A stretch of DNA of 64,000 nucleotides. Origin: Chiloscyllium plagiosum. Lineage: Eukaryota. Below the pieces are notes generated by a model, which made no database searches, was not told the origin of the DNA, and saw only the letters and a program-made list of their open reading frames with translations. How positions within the stretch are numbered: the first letter of the stretch is position 1; each line of letters begins with the position of its first letter. Below, in pieces: positions 1 to 12,034 of the stretch. A program made the translations under genes and the position numbers. Where the stretch lies: the NCBI RefSeq assembly GCF_004010195.1, contig NC_057718.1, positions 92,350,765 through 92,414,764 of the forward strand, in the 5' to 3' direction.

Positions 1-276
1 TTTAATTAATTGATTGTTTTTGCAAATTTAATTCCAGGAGGGTTAGGTCACTTCGAATTTGGTTAAGAATAAATGATTCTTATGAGGCATAGTCCTCTGC
101 AGATTTATGGAACATATGTATGGTATACTTAGTGAGCTGCACAGTCTATGGTAGTCTAATGTTGATGCTTGTTCAATGCTAAATTGAAGAATTTCAACTT
201 AACTGCTCAGCAAGGACATTGCCAATGGCTTTGTTCTAGAATTGGCAAAATACTAACTAGGTTTCTTGCTCTTGAC

Positions 277-491
277 TAGGAGAAAGTGAGGACTGCAGAT
301 GCTGGAGCTCAGAGGCGAGAGTGTAGTGCATGAAAAGCACAGCAGGTCAGGCAACATCCGAGGAGCAGGAGACTTGACATTTCAAGCATAAGCCCTGATT
401 CCTGATGAAGGGCTTCTTCCCGAAACATCGATTCTCCTGCTCCTCAGATGCTGCCTGACCTGCTGTGCTTTTTCAGCACTACTCTCTCGAC
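277..491. mobile_element. Palindromic mini-element made of two inverted Penelope-like (Neptune-type) termini
   Basis: Arm ~317-396 is the reverse complement of ~409-490. TSD ttcttgc(t/c)cttgac at 263-276 and 492-505. Same terminus as the PLE at 40156-41890. Confidence 0.8.
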
Positions 492-816
492 TTCTTGCCC
501 TTGACCACATTCTACTGCACCTGAAAGTGCACTGTGGACATTGGCTGAGGACAGTGTTAAGTATGGATGTGATGACTCTCCTACCCGATATTTCATTGAC
601 CTGACCCACATGAGGAGTGGCAATTTGTACCAGGTATTGATGCTAGAGGTGCAGCTGAATCTTGCAATGAGCTTGCAATCTTCAAGAAAAGTGGGCTAAA
701 GTTAACTTACAATTCAGGCTCAAACTGAAGTAAGGTTTAATGTGTAATCTTTATCTCTGCATTCTCTTATTTTTGTTCAGTTGTTCATGTAGACTTTTCT
801 TGTTTGATAATCAGTA

Positions 817-1135
817 CAAGTACACAATCCTTTATCCGAAACCCTCGGAGCCAGCTGGTTTTCGGAATTCAGAAGTTTTCGGATTTCGGAATAAGTGACG
901 GTTTAATGGTGGAATAAAATAAACTTACCAAACAGCAGACGCACCTGTGAGTACTATGAGTGCTGAGACAGAATTGATGCCTACCAGTGCTGGGCCATGC
1001 CACCATGTCACACCTGAGTGACGTGGGTCAAGTGGTTGTGGAGTTGGGTTAACTGTTTGCATGCCAAACAACCTTATTGTGGAGAAAAAAGCTTCACGAA
1101 AATCTTTGGATTTCGGATAAAGGATTGTGAACCTG
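817..1135. mobile_element. Non-autonomous Tc1/mariner-pogo (Tigger-like) MITE
   Basis: 25-bp TIRs caagtacacaatcctttatccgaaa / tttcggataaaggattgtgaacctg (2 mismatches), TA on both flanks. Confidence 0.8.
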
Positions 1136-1641
1136 TACCTCCTTTCAAGTATGAATGGAGACATGCAAGTTTTAATTTCAACTTCAGCATTTAGTTTAAC
1201 AAGTGAAAAATGTAAAAATAAACTTTTCTTGAAATAAAAGTCTTTGTTCAACAATTTGAGGGTGTCTCTCAGTAGCATTAATATGCAATTACGTTGTTTT
1301 GGCAGCAGGAAATGAAACACAGCCATTAAAATAGCAGGCAAAGTATGCTTATTTAACACAAAACTGTACCTCATTCCAATTAAAATGTAGTTAACTAAAT
1401 TTCACTGCAGGAGCAAAAGCCGATTATGGTTTTCTTCAGTGAAAGAAAAATAAATTTTATTATCTGCTACTCTGAGAAAAATAATGAAGATAGGACTTCA
1501 AACATTTATACATAAAGGTATAAATTTAGAAAGTGTCCAATATAAAAGGAAGATGAAAAAGTCCTTAGTGTGCTTAAGGTGTAAGATTATAATCATTATT
1601 TTTGGATCATTAGCATAAGTGAACATGGCAGTGAACATGGT

Positions 1642-1818
1642 AGAATCATGGAATCCCTACAGTGTGGAAACAGGCCATTCGGCCCCATTAGTCCACACTG
1701 ACCCTCAGAGTATCCCACCCAGGCCCATTCCCCTATCCTATTTCTCTACATTTCCATGACTAATGCAACTAACCTACACATCCCTGAAAACTATGGGCAG
1801 TTTAGCATGGCCAATTAT
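1642..1818 (-). mobile_element. HE1/V-SINE 3' fragment
   Basis: Reverse complement matches the 3' half of the SINE at 15327-15641 (gccatgctaaa...cctgtttccacactgtag). Confidence 0.7.
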
Positions 1819-1963
1819 CCTTTGAATTCTCGGTTTCTTCTTAATATTTATTATCTTCGGGCTTTCTTTATGTAAAAGAGAGAGTTTAGTCAGCTAGTCT
1901 AATTCTCCAGTTAAAAATCCATCTCTCACATTCTTTCTGCCAAAACCAGCTAATTTAATTAAA

Positions 1964-2119
1964 AGGAGAAAGTGAGGACTGCAGGTACTGGAGATCAGAG
2001 TTGAAAAGTGTAGTGCTGGAAAAACACAGCAGATCAGGAGAATTGATGTTTCTGGATTATGAAACGTTGATTCTCCTGCTTCTTGGCCTGATCTGCTGTG
2101 CTTTTCCAGTGCCATACTT
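1964..2119. mobile_element. Palindromic PLE-terminus mini-element (same family as 277-491)
   Basis: Starts aggagaaagtgaggactgcag. Arms gctggaaaaacacagcagatcagg and cctgatctgctgtgcttttccag are inverted. Confidence 0.7.
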
Positions 2120-2134
2120 GAAATATTTTGTGCA

Positions 2135-2633
2135 AGAAAAAGATATTACAAACACTACATTGGACAAACAGGCAGAAAACTAGTCACCAGGATACATGAA
2201 CATCAACATCAACTAGCCACAAAATGACATGACCCACGCTCACTAGTATCCTTACATATAGATGAGGAAGGACACCACTTCGATTGGGACAACACATCCA
2301 TCTTGGGAGAAGCCAAACAGAGACGTGCACGAGAATTCCTAGAAGCACGGCATTCCAACCGGAACTCTATCAATGAACACATCGGGTTATACCCCATCTA
2401 CCAACTCCTGAGAAAAAGAACAGGAAATGGTATCACCACTGGAAATGACATCACCAACCCAAAGAAACCCAAACACATAAGTAGAAAGCAGGATTCATGT
2501 ACATTGCTTCGCCTGAGGCCCATTGATGATGTTACCTAGTAGGGTGACAAAATGTCTGGAAATGAACCTCCCAGCTCAGCAAGCAAACCTACATCCAGAA
2601 CCTCAACCTGGGCTACAAATCTTCTCAAAACTT
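2135..2633 (+). mobile_element. Penelope/Poseidon-type PLE 3' fragment (GIY-YIG endonuclease plus terminus)
   Basis: Translates KHYIGQTGRKL..IHEHQ, HHFDWDNTSILG, REFLEA.HS. Degenerate hammerhead at ~2522-2557. Confidence 0.85.
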
Positions 2634-2742
2634 GTTGTATTTTATCTGTTTCTTTTTAATAGCTGTTACTATTGATAGACTAAATCAATCACTATAAATG
2701 CCGGAGGAAACATCACAGAAGCGCTTCACAGGAGGCTCCCAA

Positions 2743-2782
2743 GCACTGAGGATGTCACCTAGACAGGGGACGAAACGTCTGC
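2743..2782 (+). ncRNA. Minimal type I hammerhead ribozyme motif in the 5' pseudo-LTR
   Basis: gca-CUGAGGA-u-gucaccu(agac)aggggac-GAAA-c-GUC-ugc: intact core, stem II with one mismatch, 3-bp stem I, palindromic minimal stem III. Confidence 0.75.
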
Positions 2783-4805
2783 AACACAAATTCCCAGCTC
2801 GGCGAACAGAACTACAACAACGAGCACCCGAGCTACAAATCTTCTCCCAAACTTTGAACACCTACGGGCAAAAGATGCTAAGACAAGCCAGGAAATGGGA
2901 ATCCTGTGCCAACCGCCTAAGCGCCAGATACGAACAACTCTGGTTCCTGCACGAATGCCAAAAGAATTGAATCCTTCCAGTATGTGTCAGATACAGACCA
3001 CCAGTCAACAACCCACACGCCAGGGACATAGCCAGACAGAACGGATTCAGGATGATCCAGGTAATGATTACAGACGCACACAACAGACTTCACAAATACA
3101 GACAAGAAATTGCGCGCCTAAAATCGTTAATTTCAAAAACCACCAATCAGGAATGGACCCGGACCAGAGAACAGGCCATTACCATAGTACAGAACAGGAC
3201 CACACATCGCAAAAAAACACTCAGGAACAATGGACTGACAGAAGAGACACAACAAACAGTGAGACAAAGTATCGTACCCCTGATAACAAGGAAAAGACAA
3301 ACACATAACCTCAACACCAAGGAGAGGGAAGCACTAAAAGCACTAAGAAACGATAAGAACATAATCATACTACCAGCAGTCAAAGGCAGAATGACGGTCA
3401 TCCTGGACAAAGCAGAGTTCATCCAAAAAGCGCAACAACTACTTGCAGATACCAACACCTACCAAAAGAGGAAGTTTGACCCCACCCCACAGCTCACCAA
3501 TAGGATAAACAACACACTGAGGAACCTACAAAAATACGGCCAGATAACCAAGTTTGACCTACAGAGAATGAAACCTGAAAGCAACAACACCCCCAGATTC
3601 TATGGATTACCTAAAGTGCACAAACCAGACAACCTACTCAGACCCATAGTATCACTATCAGGGACACCATCACACAAACTGGCTAAAGAATGACAGCAGA
3701 AACTGAAACCCCTGATCAGCGGATCTAGGCACTCTATACAGTCAACACAGGAATTCTTGGACATCATCAGAAATATACACATAGACAAGGAAGAAACTAT
3801 GGTCTCATTCGATGTAACGGCACTGTTCACCTCTATCGACAAAACAATAGCCAACCTGCTGGACATACAGAACAGACAACAAGACGGAGAACCTATCAAC
3901 AAAGACTGCATACTCAAACTACTGGACCTGTGCCTCACAACACACTTCACATTCAACAACCAAATATATGAACAAATCAACGGCACACCTATGGGCTCAC
4001 CCATCTCTGGACTCATAGCAGAAACGGTTATGCAAAGGTTAGAACAAACAGCCTTACCGCAAATTCAACCCAAACTCTGGGTCAGATATGTAGATGATAC
4101 CTTTGTAATCATTAAAAACATAGAAATAGAGAATACACACCAGCTCATCAACGCCACACTCACAGGAATCCGATTCACTAGAGAGGCAGAAAAGGACAAC
4201 CAACTCCCATTCCTAGACGTGATGGTACAGAGAACACCTAACTGAGAATTCACCACAAAGGTATACAGGAAAGCCACATACACAGACCAAGTCCTGAACT
4301 ACGAAAGCAACCACCCCAACATACACAAAAGAAGTTGCATCAAGACACTGTTCAAAAGGGCCACAACACACTGCAGTACACCAGAACTGCANNNNNNNNN
4401 NNNNNNNNNNNNNNNNNNNNNNNNNNNNNNNNNNNNNNNNNNNNNNNNNNNNNNNNNNNNNNNNNNNNNNNNNNNNNNNNNNNNNNNNNNNNNNNNNNNN
4501 NNNNNNNNNNNNNNNNNNNNNNNNNNNNNNNNNNNNNNNNNNNNNNNNNNNNNNNNNNNNNNNNNNNNNNNNNNNNNNNNNNNNNNNNNNTTCGACTGGG
4601 ACAACACTACTATTATAGGACAAGCCAAACAGAGAACAGCCAGGGAATTCCTAGAGGCATGGCATTCATCCAAGATTCAATCAATAAATACATTGACCTG
4701 GACGCAATATACCGGCCACTGCAACGGACAACTGGAAGCGGAAGATACAAATCACTATAAATGCCGGAGGAAACATCACAGAAGCACTTCACAGGAGGCT
4801 CCCAA

Positions 4806-4845
4806 GCACTGAGGATGTCACCTAGACAGGGGACGAAACGTCTTC
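4806..4845 (+). ncRNA. Minimal hammerhead motif in the 3' pseudo-LTR
   Basis: Same as 2743-2782 except ugc>uuc after GUC, which weakens stem I. Confidence 0.65.
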
Positions 4846-6573
4846 AGCACAAATTCCCAGCTCGGCGAACAGAACCACAACATAGACTAAATACCAGTGG
4901 AGTGTAAGAATAATTTTACCTCAAATTAAAATACACAATCTGTGCATGCAGATCATCATACACATCTAGTGTTCAGTTGTATTCATTATACTTTGTTGTA
5001 CAAAGTTCTATCACTATTAGAAAACAATCAAAGAGAGAGATTCTTGGTAATTTCACATTGTTCTTTTATTCCTGTAGACTTGCTTAAACACTTAAGGAAG
5101 AAAATAAGAAAGATGTTGCCTTAATATAAAATTATGTCACCTTTTAAAGCCATCTGAAAAGGCTTGCTTTAAAAATAATTATGCAGGAAAAAGTGCTTGT
5201 AGCCAGTTTCTTCATACTTGTGCCCTACAAATAGCAGATGTGATCAATAATTTGCTAATATGTCTTTTTGGTAGCACTCACTGAAGGAAAATGTTGAGTC
5301 AGGATACCAGGGGGCGTCTTTCCATTACACGATGCCATGGAATATTATAATTTCACATAAAAATAGAAGTTGCTATCAATGATGTACTCTTCTTCACCTG
5401 GCTGACCTATTATAGTCTTTGCTGATAGAACCAGCATAGAGATCACTGTGGTGAATTTATGATGATTTCTAATCATTTAAAACACAAAAGATTAATAAAA
5501 ATATAATGACTTATACTGTTGGAAGTTGCAGAGATTCACTCAGTCCAAAAAGTTAGTGTTGATGATCTTTAAAAATATTTATTTTAATAGTTGTTTTCTG
5601 CTTTGGCCATTTTCATCTTTCCCTTGATTTCATGTCTATGTCAAAGCTTTTATTTTTTTCATGTACAATGATTTAAATGCAAGTTGTATTTTTGGCTCAA
5701 CAGTCTGTATTTGTTAAGATCATTCAGTTTGGTTGAAGGGCCTGCTGATATTTTTCTTGTTCTCACACACTTTAGTCTACTGCAATGGGCACAAATTGGT
5801 GGTGAATGAGTATAAATCTCCATTGGTAACAGCACAAAATTTGTGGACAACTGTAAGCAAGGTGAATGATGAAAGATATTCTCTTGTTTACAGTAAAATT
5901 TAGGTTAATATAATGCAATTTGCTCTGAAATGTCAACCTAAATAACATGCTCAGGAATTGATGTGGGATTTGAACTTTCTGAATTTCTGACTCAGGTGGG
6001 AAATGTTACCAATAATTTTAGCGTATAAGAATGCACAGCAATTTAACTTTGTAACATAAAAGAGACACACATTACACACAGCTGCCACAGAATAGTAATT
6101 TACATGATATAATGCTATTTCTACAATTCTATTCCCTCTAATGTATTGTGAACAATACTGTTGGAAATAAACCAGTTTTATAATAATAAAAGCTATTTAG
6201 GATTTAAATTTTTGAAAATAGTCTCACTTTCAGATTTAAATGTTCATTCATCTTTGTTCTTCCATCAAATTCTCATTAAAGCAGATAATGTCTAATGCTG
6301 CTGAAGTTTTGTCTGGTATTGATTTGGTGGTAGCATGCATGAAACACGGGACAAAAGTAAGTTTGGTATACGTGTTTTGAGTGAACTAATGTATGCGGTT
6401 GTCCCATTGGATTGTAGCAGGTGATGAAGTTGTGATTGTAGGTTGTGAACTCAGAAAAGAAATAGCACAATCCTCCAAGAATTGTGTAGTATGGTTTCAC
6501 TGTGTAACATAAGCTTTTAAAAACCTGAAACTATCCCCATAACCCGACATGTATCACGGCTGATTGACATAAA

Positions 6574-6695
6574 CTGCACATCTTTGGACAGTGGGAGGAA
6601 ACCGGAGCACCGGGCAGAAGTCCACACAGAAATGGGGAGAACATACAAACTCCACAACAGGTACCCAAGGCTGGAATAGATCCTGTGCCCTGGAA
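6574..6695 (-). mobile_element. V-SINE (HE1-like) central fragment
   Basis: Reverse complement of the V-domain core tgctccggtttcctcccac...gatgtgcag. Confidence 0.7.
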
Positions 6696-7355
6696 CTTTA
6701 TTGACATGTTTCAGTGTGCATGATTTTACATAGTAAGCTACGGTATTGGAAAAATGTAGCTATTCTTTCATACTATGTGCTGTTCTTGATTTTTCTTCAA
6801 TACCTTGGCATTCACATGTTTATAAGTAGTTGATTCCATCTGTAATAACATCAAAAGTGTAAAACTAAAATTTAATTTGTTTTGTATATTAATTTATTTC
6901 ATGAAATGTGTAATTGCACAATACTTGGCGGTTCACTGCTACCATCTCAAAGGCAATTAGAAATGGGTAGCCAATGCTGGCCTTGCCAATGATGCCCACA
7001 TACTGTGAATGAATAAAAATATACAATTACAGAGATTGTAATGATTGGATCAACTTTAAAACCATTCGGTTGACATCAAATTAGTTTTTTCCTTGATAGT
7101 AAACCTTGCATGTATTTTGAAAGTGAGTATTTTCATCTTTCACTCATCAGGATAATTTTAAGAATGCCAATGTAAAGGGAAAAAAGAAATGACACTATGA
7201 GAGGAAAGTGCAGATTGGTTGCAACATGGACTTTGAATAAAGATTTTTGCCATGGAAAATGCACCAATTAGCAATGATTGACCGTTTCCTCATCTGCAAA
7301 ACGCATAAGTTGTTTGTGAATTCTTTCAAAAACATTCTTAAATTTTTTTCTTTAG

Positions 7356-7418
7356 TGAGCAACAAAGACTAGAGCTGGAACAGAATCTTTTGAAATGTAA
7401 GAAGTCAAGTCGGTGGAT
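7356..7418 (+). CDS. KIZ: Kizuna centrosomal protein, internal coding exon (probable exon 2), 63 bp, phase 2-2
   Basis: Acceptor tttttctttag and donor gtaagt. Reads (S)EQQRLELEQNLLKCKKSSRW(M), matching my recollection of vertebrate KIZ SEKKRLDLEKKL. Phase joins the next exon. Confidence 0.85.
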
Positions 7419-8588
7419 GTAAGTATTGTTTTCCCTATATCCCTTTCATATTAAAGAGACCAGAACTATGTACTAACTCAAAGTATAATCTAATCAATAT
7501 TCTGTGCAACTTTAACATAATTGCTCCTTTATGCATTCTTCAACTAATTTGCTACTTCTAGCAAATGTAGTAGGAGCCAAGATCTTTCCTTCATTCCAAT
7601 TAAACTTTTGCTTTAGAGTCTGTGGTTTCTTGACTCTTCATGTGATACATTTGTCTATACTGAAGTTAATCTGCCAAATACATGTTTCCTAAGAATTAAA
7701 GTGCAACATCTGTCACAGCATAACAAGAAGAGAGCAAACAGTTTGTGTCCATCTACTTGATCTGCCGCAGTACTGGTTGGCATGGCCACAGCAGATTTCC
7801 AGAGGTTCTTCATGTTTCGAGACTTAGTTTTCAATTAAATCCATCTAATACAACGATTCTAGAGAAGTAACCCAGGAATGTTAAGCAATGAAACCTCCTT
7901 CAAAGAGGACGTCTAAATATGTTTCTAAAAATTGAGTTGATGTACTCCTCCTGTGCATGTGTCTCATTCGTTCTTAACAGCTAATCCATCCCTTCAGATA
8001 AGAGTTGCAGCCCTGTGTTACATTTAGTGTGTTATTATCCCATATGAGTTTTCAAAGATTGGCCCAATTCAGGCTAGGAACTTATCACAGATGTCAAATG
8101 AGGCAATTCTCAAGATATCATGGTCTGGTCCAGCAAAAGCTTTGTGGAATTTATGAATGTTGCTCTAGAAATCTGCTATTTGACACCAGAACCAAAGTCT
8201 GTAGCTTTTATTACTGAGGAATTTACATGAAGAATTGCCACAGGCTATTGCATATGGAACTGCATCTCTGAAGGATGAGCATCTTCAGGAAAGGCAGGGA
8301 AAAAGAAATGATCAGTGAAATTTTGAATTGCTGACCACAGACCAACCATGCATAAGTGGGCTTATATCAAAATGTGCCATTATTGTTTATTGACATACTT
8401 CCTTGCATTAATGTTGATATCATTTTTTCCACTTGTGCTGTGACCTGAATTATTATTTTAAAATTGTATTGATTTGACTTGCCATCTTCAGATGTTAAGT
8501 AAGCCTAATTTTTCCTATTTCTGAGCTCCTGTGAAATGCTTTTTCAACATTATGAAAGAAAACTCTTGTTTCTTTTTCTTAATTCCAG

Positions 8589-8745
8589 GCTAAAAAGAGC
8601 CAGGTTGAAAAGTTACTTGAGAGAATTGTGTGAACGGGAGAGAAAAGCTCAGCTTCGAAATCGTCAATTGCTCAAGGATTTTGAAAACATTGAAGCCCAA
8701 GTTGCAGCATTAACATCAAGTTCAGACACACTGAAGCAAATGAAG
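8589..8745 (+). CDS. KIZ: Kizuna, probable exon 3, 157 bp, phase 2-0
   Basis: Acceptor ttccag and donor gtagag. Encodes LKRARLKSYLRELCERERKAQLRNRQLLKDFENIEAQVAALTSSSDTLKQMK (inside ORF 8536-8787), similar to recalled KIZ LKNYLKEICESEKKAHTRNQEYLKRF coiled coil. Confidence 0.9.
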
Positions 8746-8961
8746 GTAGAGGATTGTCATCTGCTAGTCCAACAATTTGATATTTAGTAGATTTAAATTG
8801 AAAGGTTTTAAATTATGAAGTAGTTGTCTGAAAGTGATTACACGACAGTATCCTCATTGCCGATTTCAGAGGAAGTTACAAAACAGCAAAGTAGTTTGTA
8901 ATCTTTGTATGATCTGCACATGAAGGCCATACCCTTAAAATTGCTTCCTAGCATTAATCTA

Positions 8962-9047
8962 GGATCAAAAAGGGTGGTGCTGGAAAAGCACAGCAAGTCA
9001 GGGAGCATCGGAGGAGCAGGCGATTCGATATTTGAAACATAAACCCT
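8962..9047 (-). mobile_element. Single PLE-terminus arm (family of 277-491)
   Basis: gtggtgctggaaaagcacagcaagtcagggagcatcggaggagcagg..., ending at hammerhead stem II. Confidence 0.65.
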
Positions 9048-11706
9048 AATACATTACACAATGGACCTACCTGCATGGTCGGTCTATAGTGTAATGTATT
9101 TTGTTTTTGCCAGATATTCATATAATTCAAACATGTAGAATTAAATTGTGATTATCAGCGATGAATATCCAAGAAATTATTCAGTATTTACTGTATATTA
9201 ATTAATTTAGATATGAGTTATGAAGGTTTTGTTTTCGTGCAGATTTATCAGTTGTATAAAAATGGACTTGAAACCCTTTTTCTTTCACACTGCATTTTTT
9301 CAGCACACATTTGGAATTGAATTTGTTTTAGATGGTGTTATTCCATATTGAACCTCATTCAATTTTCTGTGTTTGTTCATCGACAGGAAGTTTTTTTGAT
9401 GATTTTATTATTAGTAGTCATCATGTTGATAGTCTCGGATTTAAATTTAGATTTAAAATTGGTGTACAAGAGATTCAGTTTGTATTATTTCTCAACTTGG
9501 ACTCCCCTAGATGAGGAATCTTTTCCCAAATAAAATGTATGTTAGATATTATTAGCTGGGTATCTACATCATCTAATTCAGCTTCATTTGCAAAAGCTTT
9601 GTAACTCAGCACATATATTTCCCTAGATGACTCATTTTGGTAATGGCATTGTGCAGGATGGAACTGAGATAATTGTACCAAGAATGTTTCAGGTTTGCAT
9701 CCTTGTTGACGCTGTAATAGTTGACCTCTACTGGAGTGTTTGTAAAATACTATAAAGCTTCTTAATTCATGTGTCAGGATGTAGGAAATGACTGCCAGAA
9801 CTCCTGCTCTTGATTACTATTCAGTGACCCATACTGGCAAGTGCACGTATGTAAACACAGGTTTTCATTTTTCAACCACATGATTAAGGACCTTCTAATA
9901 CTCATTGTCAAGGATCACACAGAAGAATGGCTATGAGACTGTTTTACAGCAAAAATGATATTTTCTGGATTACATTAATGTAATAATTTTACAAAAGAAA
10001 CTATTTAAAAAGCATATAATCATAACAGTAATTGTGACAATATTTACTCTCTGTTTCATCAACTGTGTGACAACAATGCTTGATAATTAGTCAAAGGGTT
10101 AATGGTGTGATGAAAGGTGTAGTTTGCATATCACTTTTCAAGTTTGTATTTCAAACTAGCGCATATGCTTGTTGGTTCCTTTTTGGGAAGGGTGAAAAAG
10201 ACAGGTTAGAGAATTGTATCAGAACCACACCTTATTGCAGAGAGCAGGTGATTGCAAACACCCAAAGTGTTTATGGAAGGTTGTTTATGCTGTGGCATTT
10301 ATGGTGGAATAGCCATTGAAAAGCTTTAGTTGCTTTTGGTTTAGAATAATCCAGGATTGATTTCAATTTAGTTTAATAGCCAGAGATGGAAAGCTTTTAG
10401 GGCAGTTTTGGAGGCGATCTGAATGGATGATATATAAATATAGGTTTTTTTTGGAAAAGCATATAGGACAGTGCAAGGAAAATCCATTTATCTTAATGTA
10501 TAAGTTTAGCTTATGAAACTTCCGTACCTGCAGCATTTCAATCAGAATCTTCAGAATATTGATTATTGACAAAGTCAAAGATTTCACTTTCATGGATAAA
10601 GGAAAGAACTGGGGTGAAGCAGTTAAGTTGAACATAAAGATTTAATGTAGAAGGATAATTTTCTAAATTTGAATCACTGTGAAGTGATAATTAGGTAATG
10701 AGAATTTGTTAACCTGTGTGTTTTAAGATCTTTAAAATTTCATTTTATATTTAGCTTGGATTGTGTAATGTATTTTATTATTAAAGAAAATCTGCCACCT
10801 TGTCTGTCTGTTTTCAGTGATTGACCACCACTTTAAATTTAAAATAAAATACATCCACGTTTCATTCTGTTATATAACTTGTCTAGTATTAACTACCAAT
10901 CAGTTGGCTTATAGCAGTGGAAAATGATATTGATATTCACAAGACCAATTTTAATGATCTGTACATTTTGGATATCAAACAGAAATTGTATGTTTTCATT
11001 GCACAATTCAACTGCAGAACAAAATTTTTCACCAGTTCTCTCAAAGCTTAACCTGACTCCAACAATTTTCTTGCTTTATGAAACCCAATTTCCAGAATGG
11101 GTTTATATTAATAAAGTATTGTTTTCATATTTTGATTTGACTTATTGTTGTCACGTGGCTAAATACAGTGAAACATTTTGTTTTGCATGTAGTACAGGCA
11201 TATCATAACATACAAGGACATACAGATTGTAGGGTGTTTAGAGAGCGTGGGGCACACAAGGCTACGGCTACAAGGACATGCACAATCACCTTGTAGATTT
11301 GACCTTCGAGAGGTCCATTCAGCAGTCTAACAGCAGTAGGGAAGAAGCTGTTCTTGAACCACTTGGTACATGTGTTTAAGCTTCTGTATCTCCTGCTACA
11401 TGGAAGAGGTTGGAAGAGAGTATTATTGGGATGTGGGGGGGTCTTTAATGATGTTGATTGGCTTTACATGGCAATGAAGGTATAGATGGCTTCGTGATGA
11501 TCTGGGCTTAGTTCACAACTTTCCATGGTTTCTTCTGGTCCTAGGCATTGCAGTTTCCAGACCAAGCCACTATATACCTAAATGGAATGCTTTCTGTGAT
11601 GCATCTGTAAACATTGGTGAGGGTCATTATGCACGCAAATTTCCTAAGTTTCCTGAGGAAGAAGAGGCATTGTTGTGCCTTCTTGATGTTGCATCTACAT
11701 GAGATG

Positions 11707-11819
11707 GAGAAAGTGAGGTCTGCAGATGCTGGAGATAGGGCTTATGCCCGAAACGTCGATTCTCTTGTTCCCGAGATGCTGCCTGACCTGCTGCGCTGTT
11801 CCAGCAACACATTTTCAGC
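11707..11819 (+). mobile_element. PLE-terminus mini-insertion (short inverted tail plus direct arm)
   Basis: gagaaagtgaggtctgcagatgctggaga followed by agggcttatgcccgaaacgtc. 13-bp TSD tctacatgagatg at 11694-11706 and 11820-11832. Confidence 0.8.
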
Positions 11820-11909
11820 TCTACATGAGATGATCAAGACAGATTGTTGGTTATCGTCACTCTAGGAACTTGATGCTCTTGACCCTCTCCACTTAAGTTC
11901 ATTGATGTA

Positions 11910-12034
11910 CAGAGGAACCTTGATTATCCAAAGGACATGGGTGGGGAGTATTTCATTCAAATAATTGAATTCCAGATAATCAAATGCCGGATAACATAGT
12001 TGAGCAAATCATCGGGATAATTGAGGTTCCTCTG
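11910..12034. mobile_element. Tigger-like MITE, short deletion derivative
   Basis: TIRs cagaggaaccttgattatcc / ggataattgaggttcctctg with TA flanks. Same TIR as 17060-17699. Confidence 0.8.

Larger units (their letters stand above)
2686..4881 (+). mobile_element. Penelope/Poseidon-type PLE with direct pseudo-LTRs; RT + GIY-YIG pseudogene
   Basis: ORFs 2698, 3052 and 3757 are in one frame broken by three TGA stops. RT motifs FYGLPKVHK, SFDVTALFTSI, GTPMGSPISG, YVDD. 132-bp direct repeats 2687-2818 and 4750-4881 (4 mismatches). 11-bp TSD atagactaaat at 2675-2685 and 4882-4892. Gap at 4392-4590. Confidence 0.92.

Noticed and set aside
2687..4881. LTR retrotransposon or endogenous retrovirus
   Set aside because: The repeats lack TG...CA ends, there is no gag, protease or integrase, the TSD is 11 bp, and the RT plus GIY-YIG motifs are Penelope-like.
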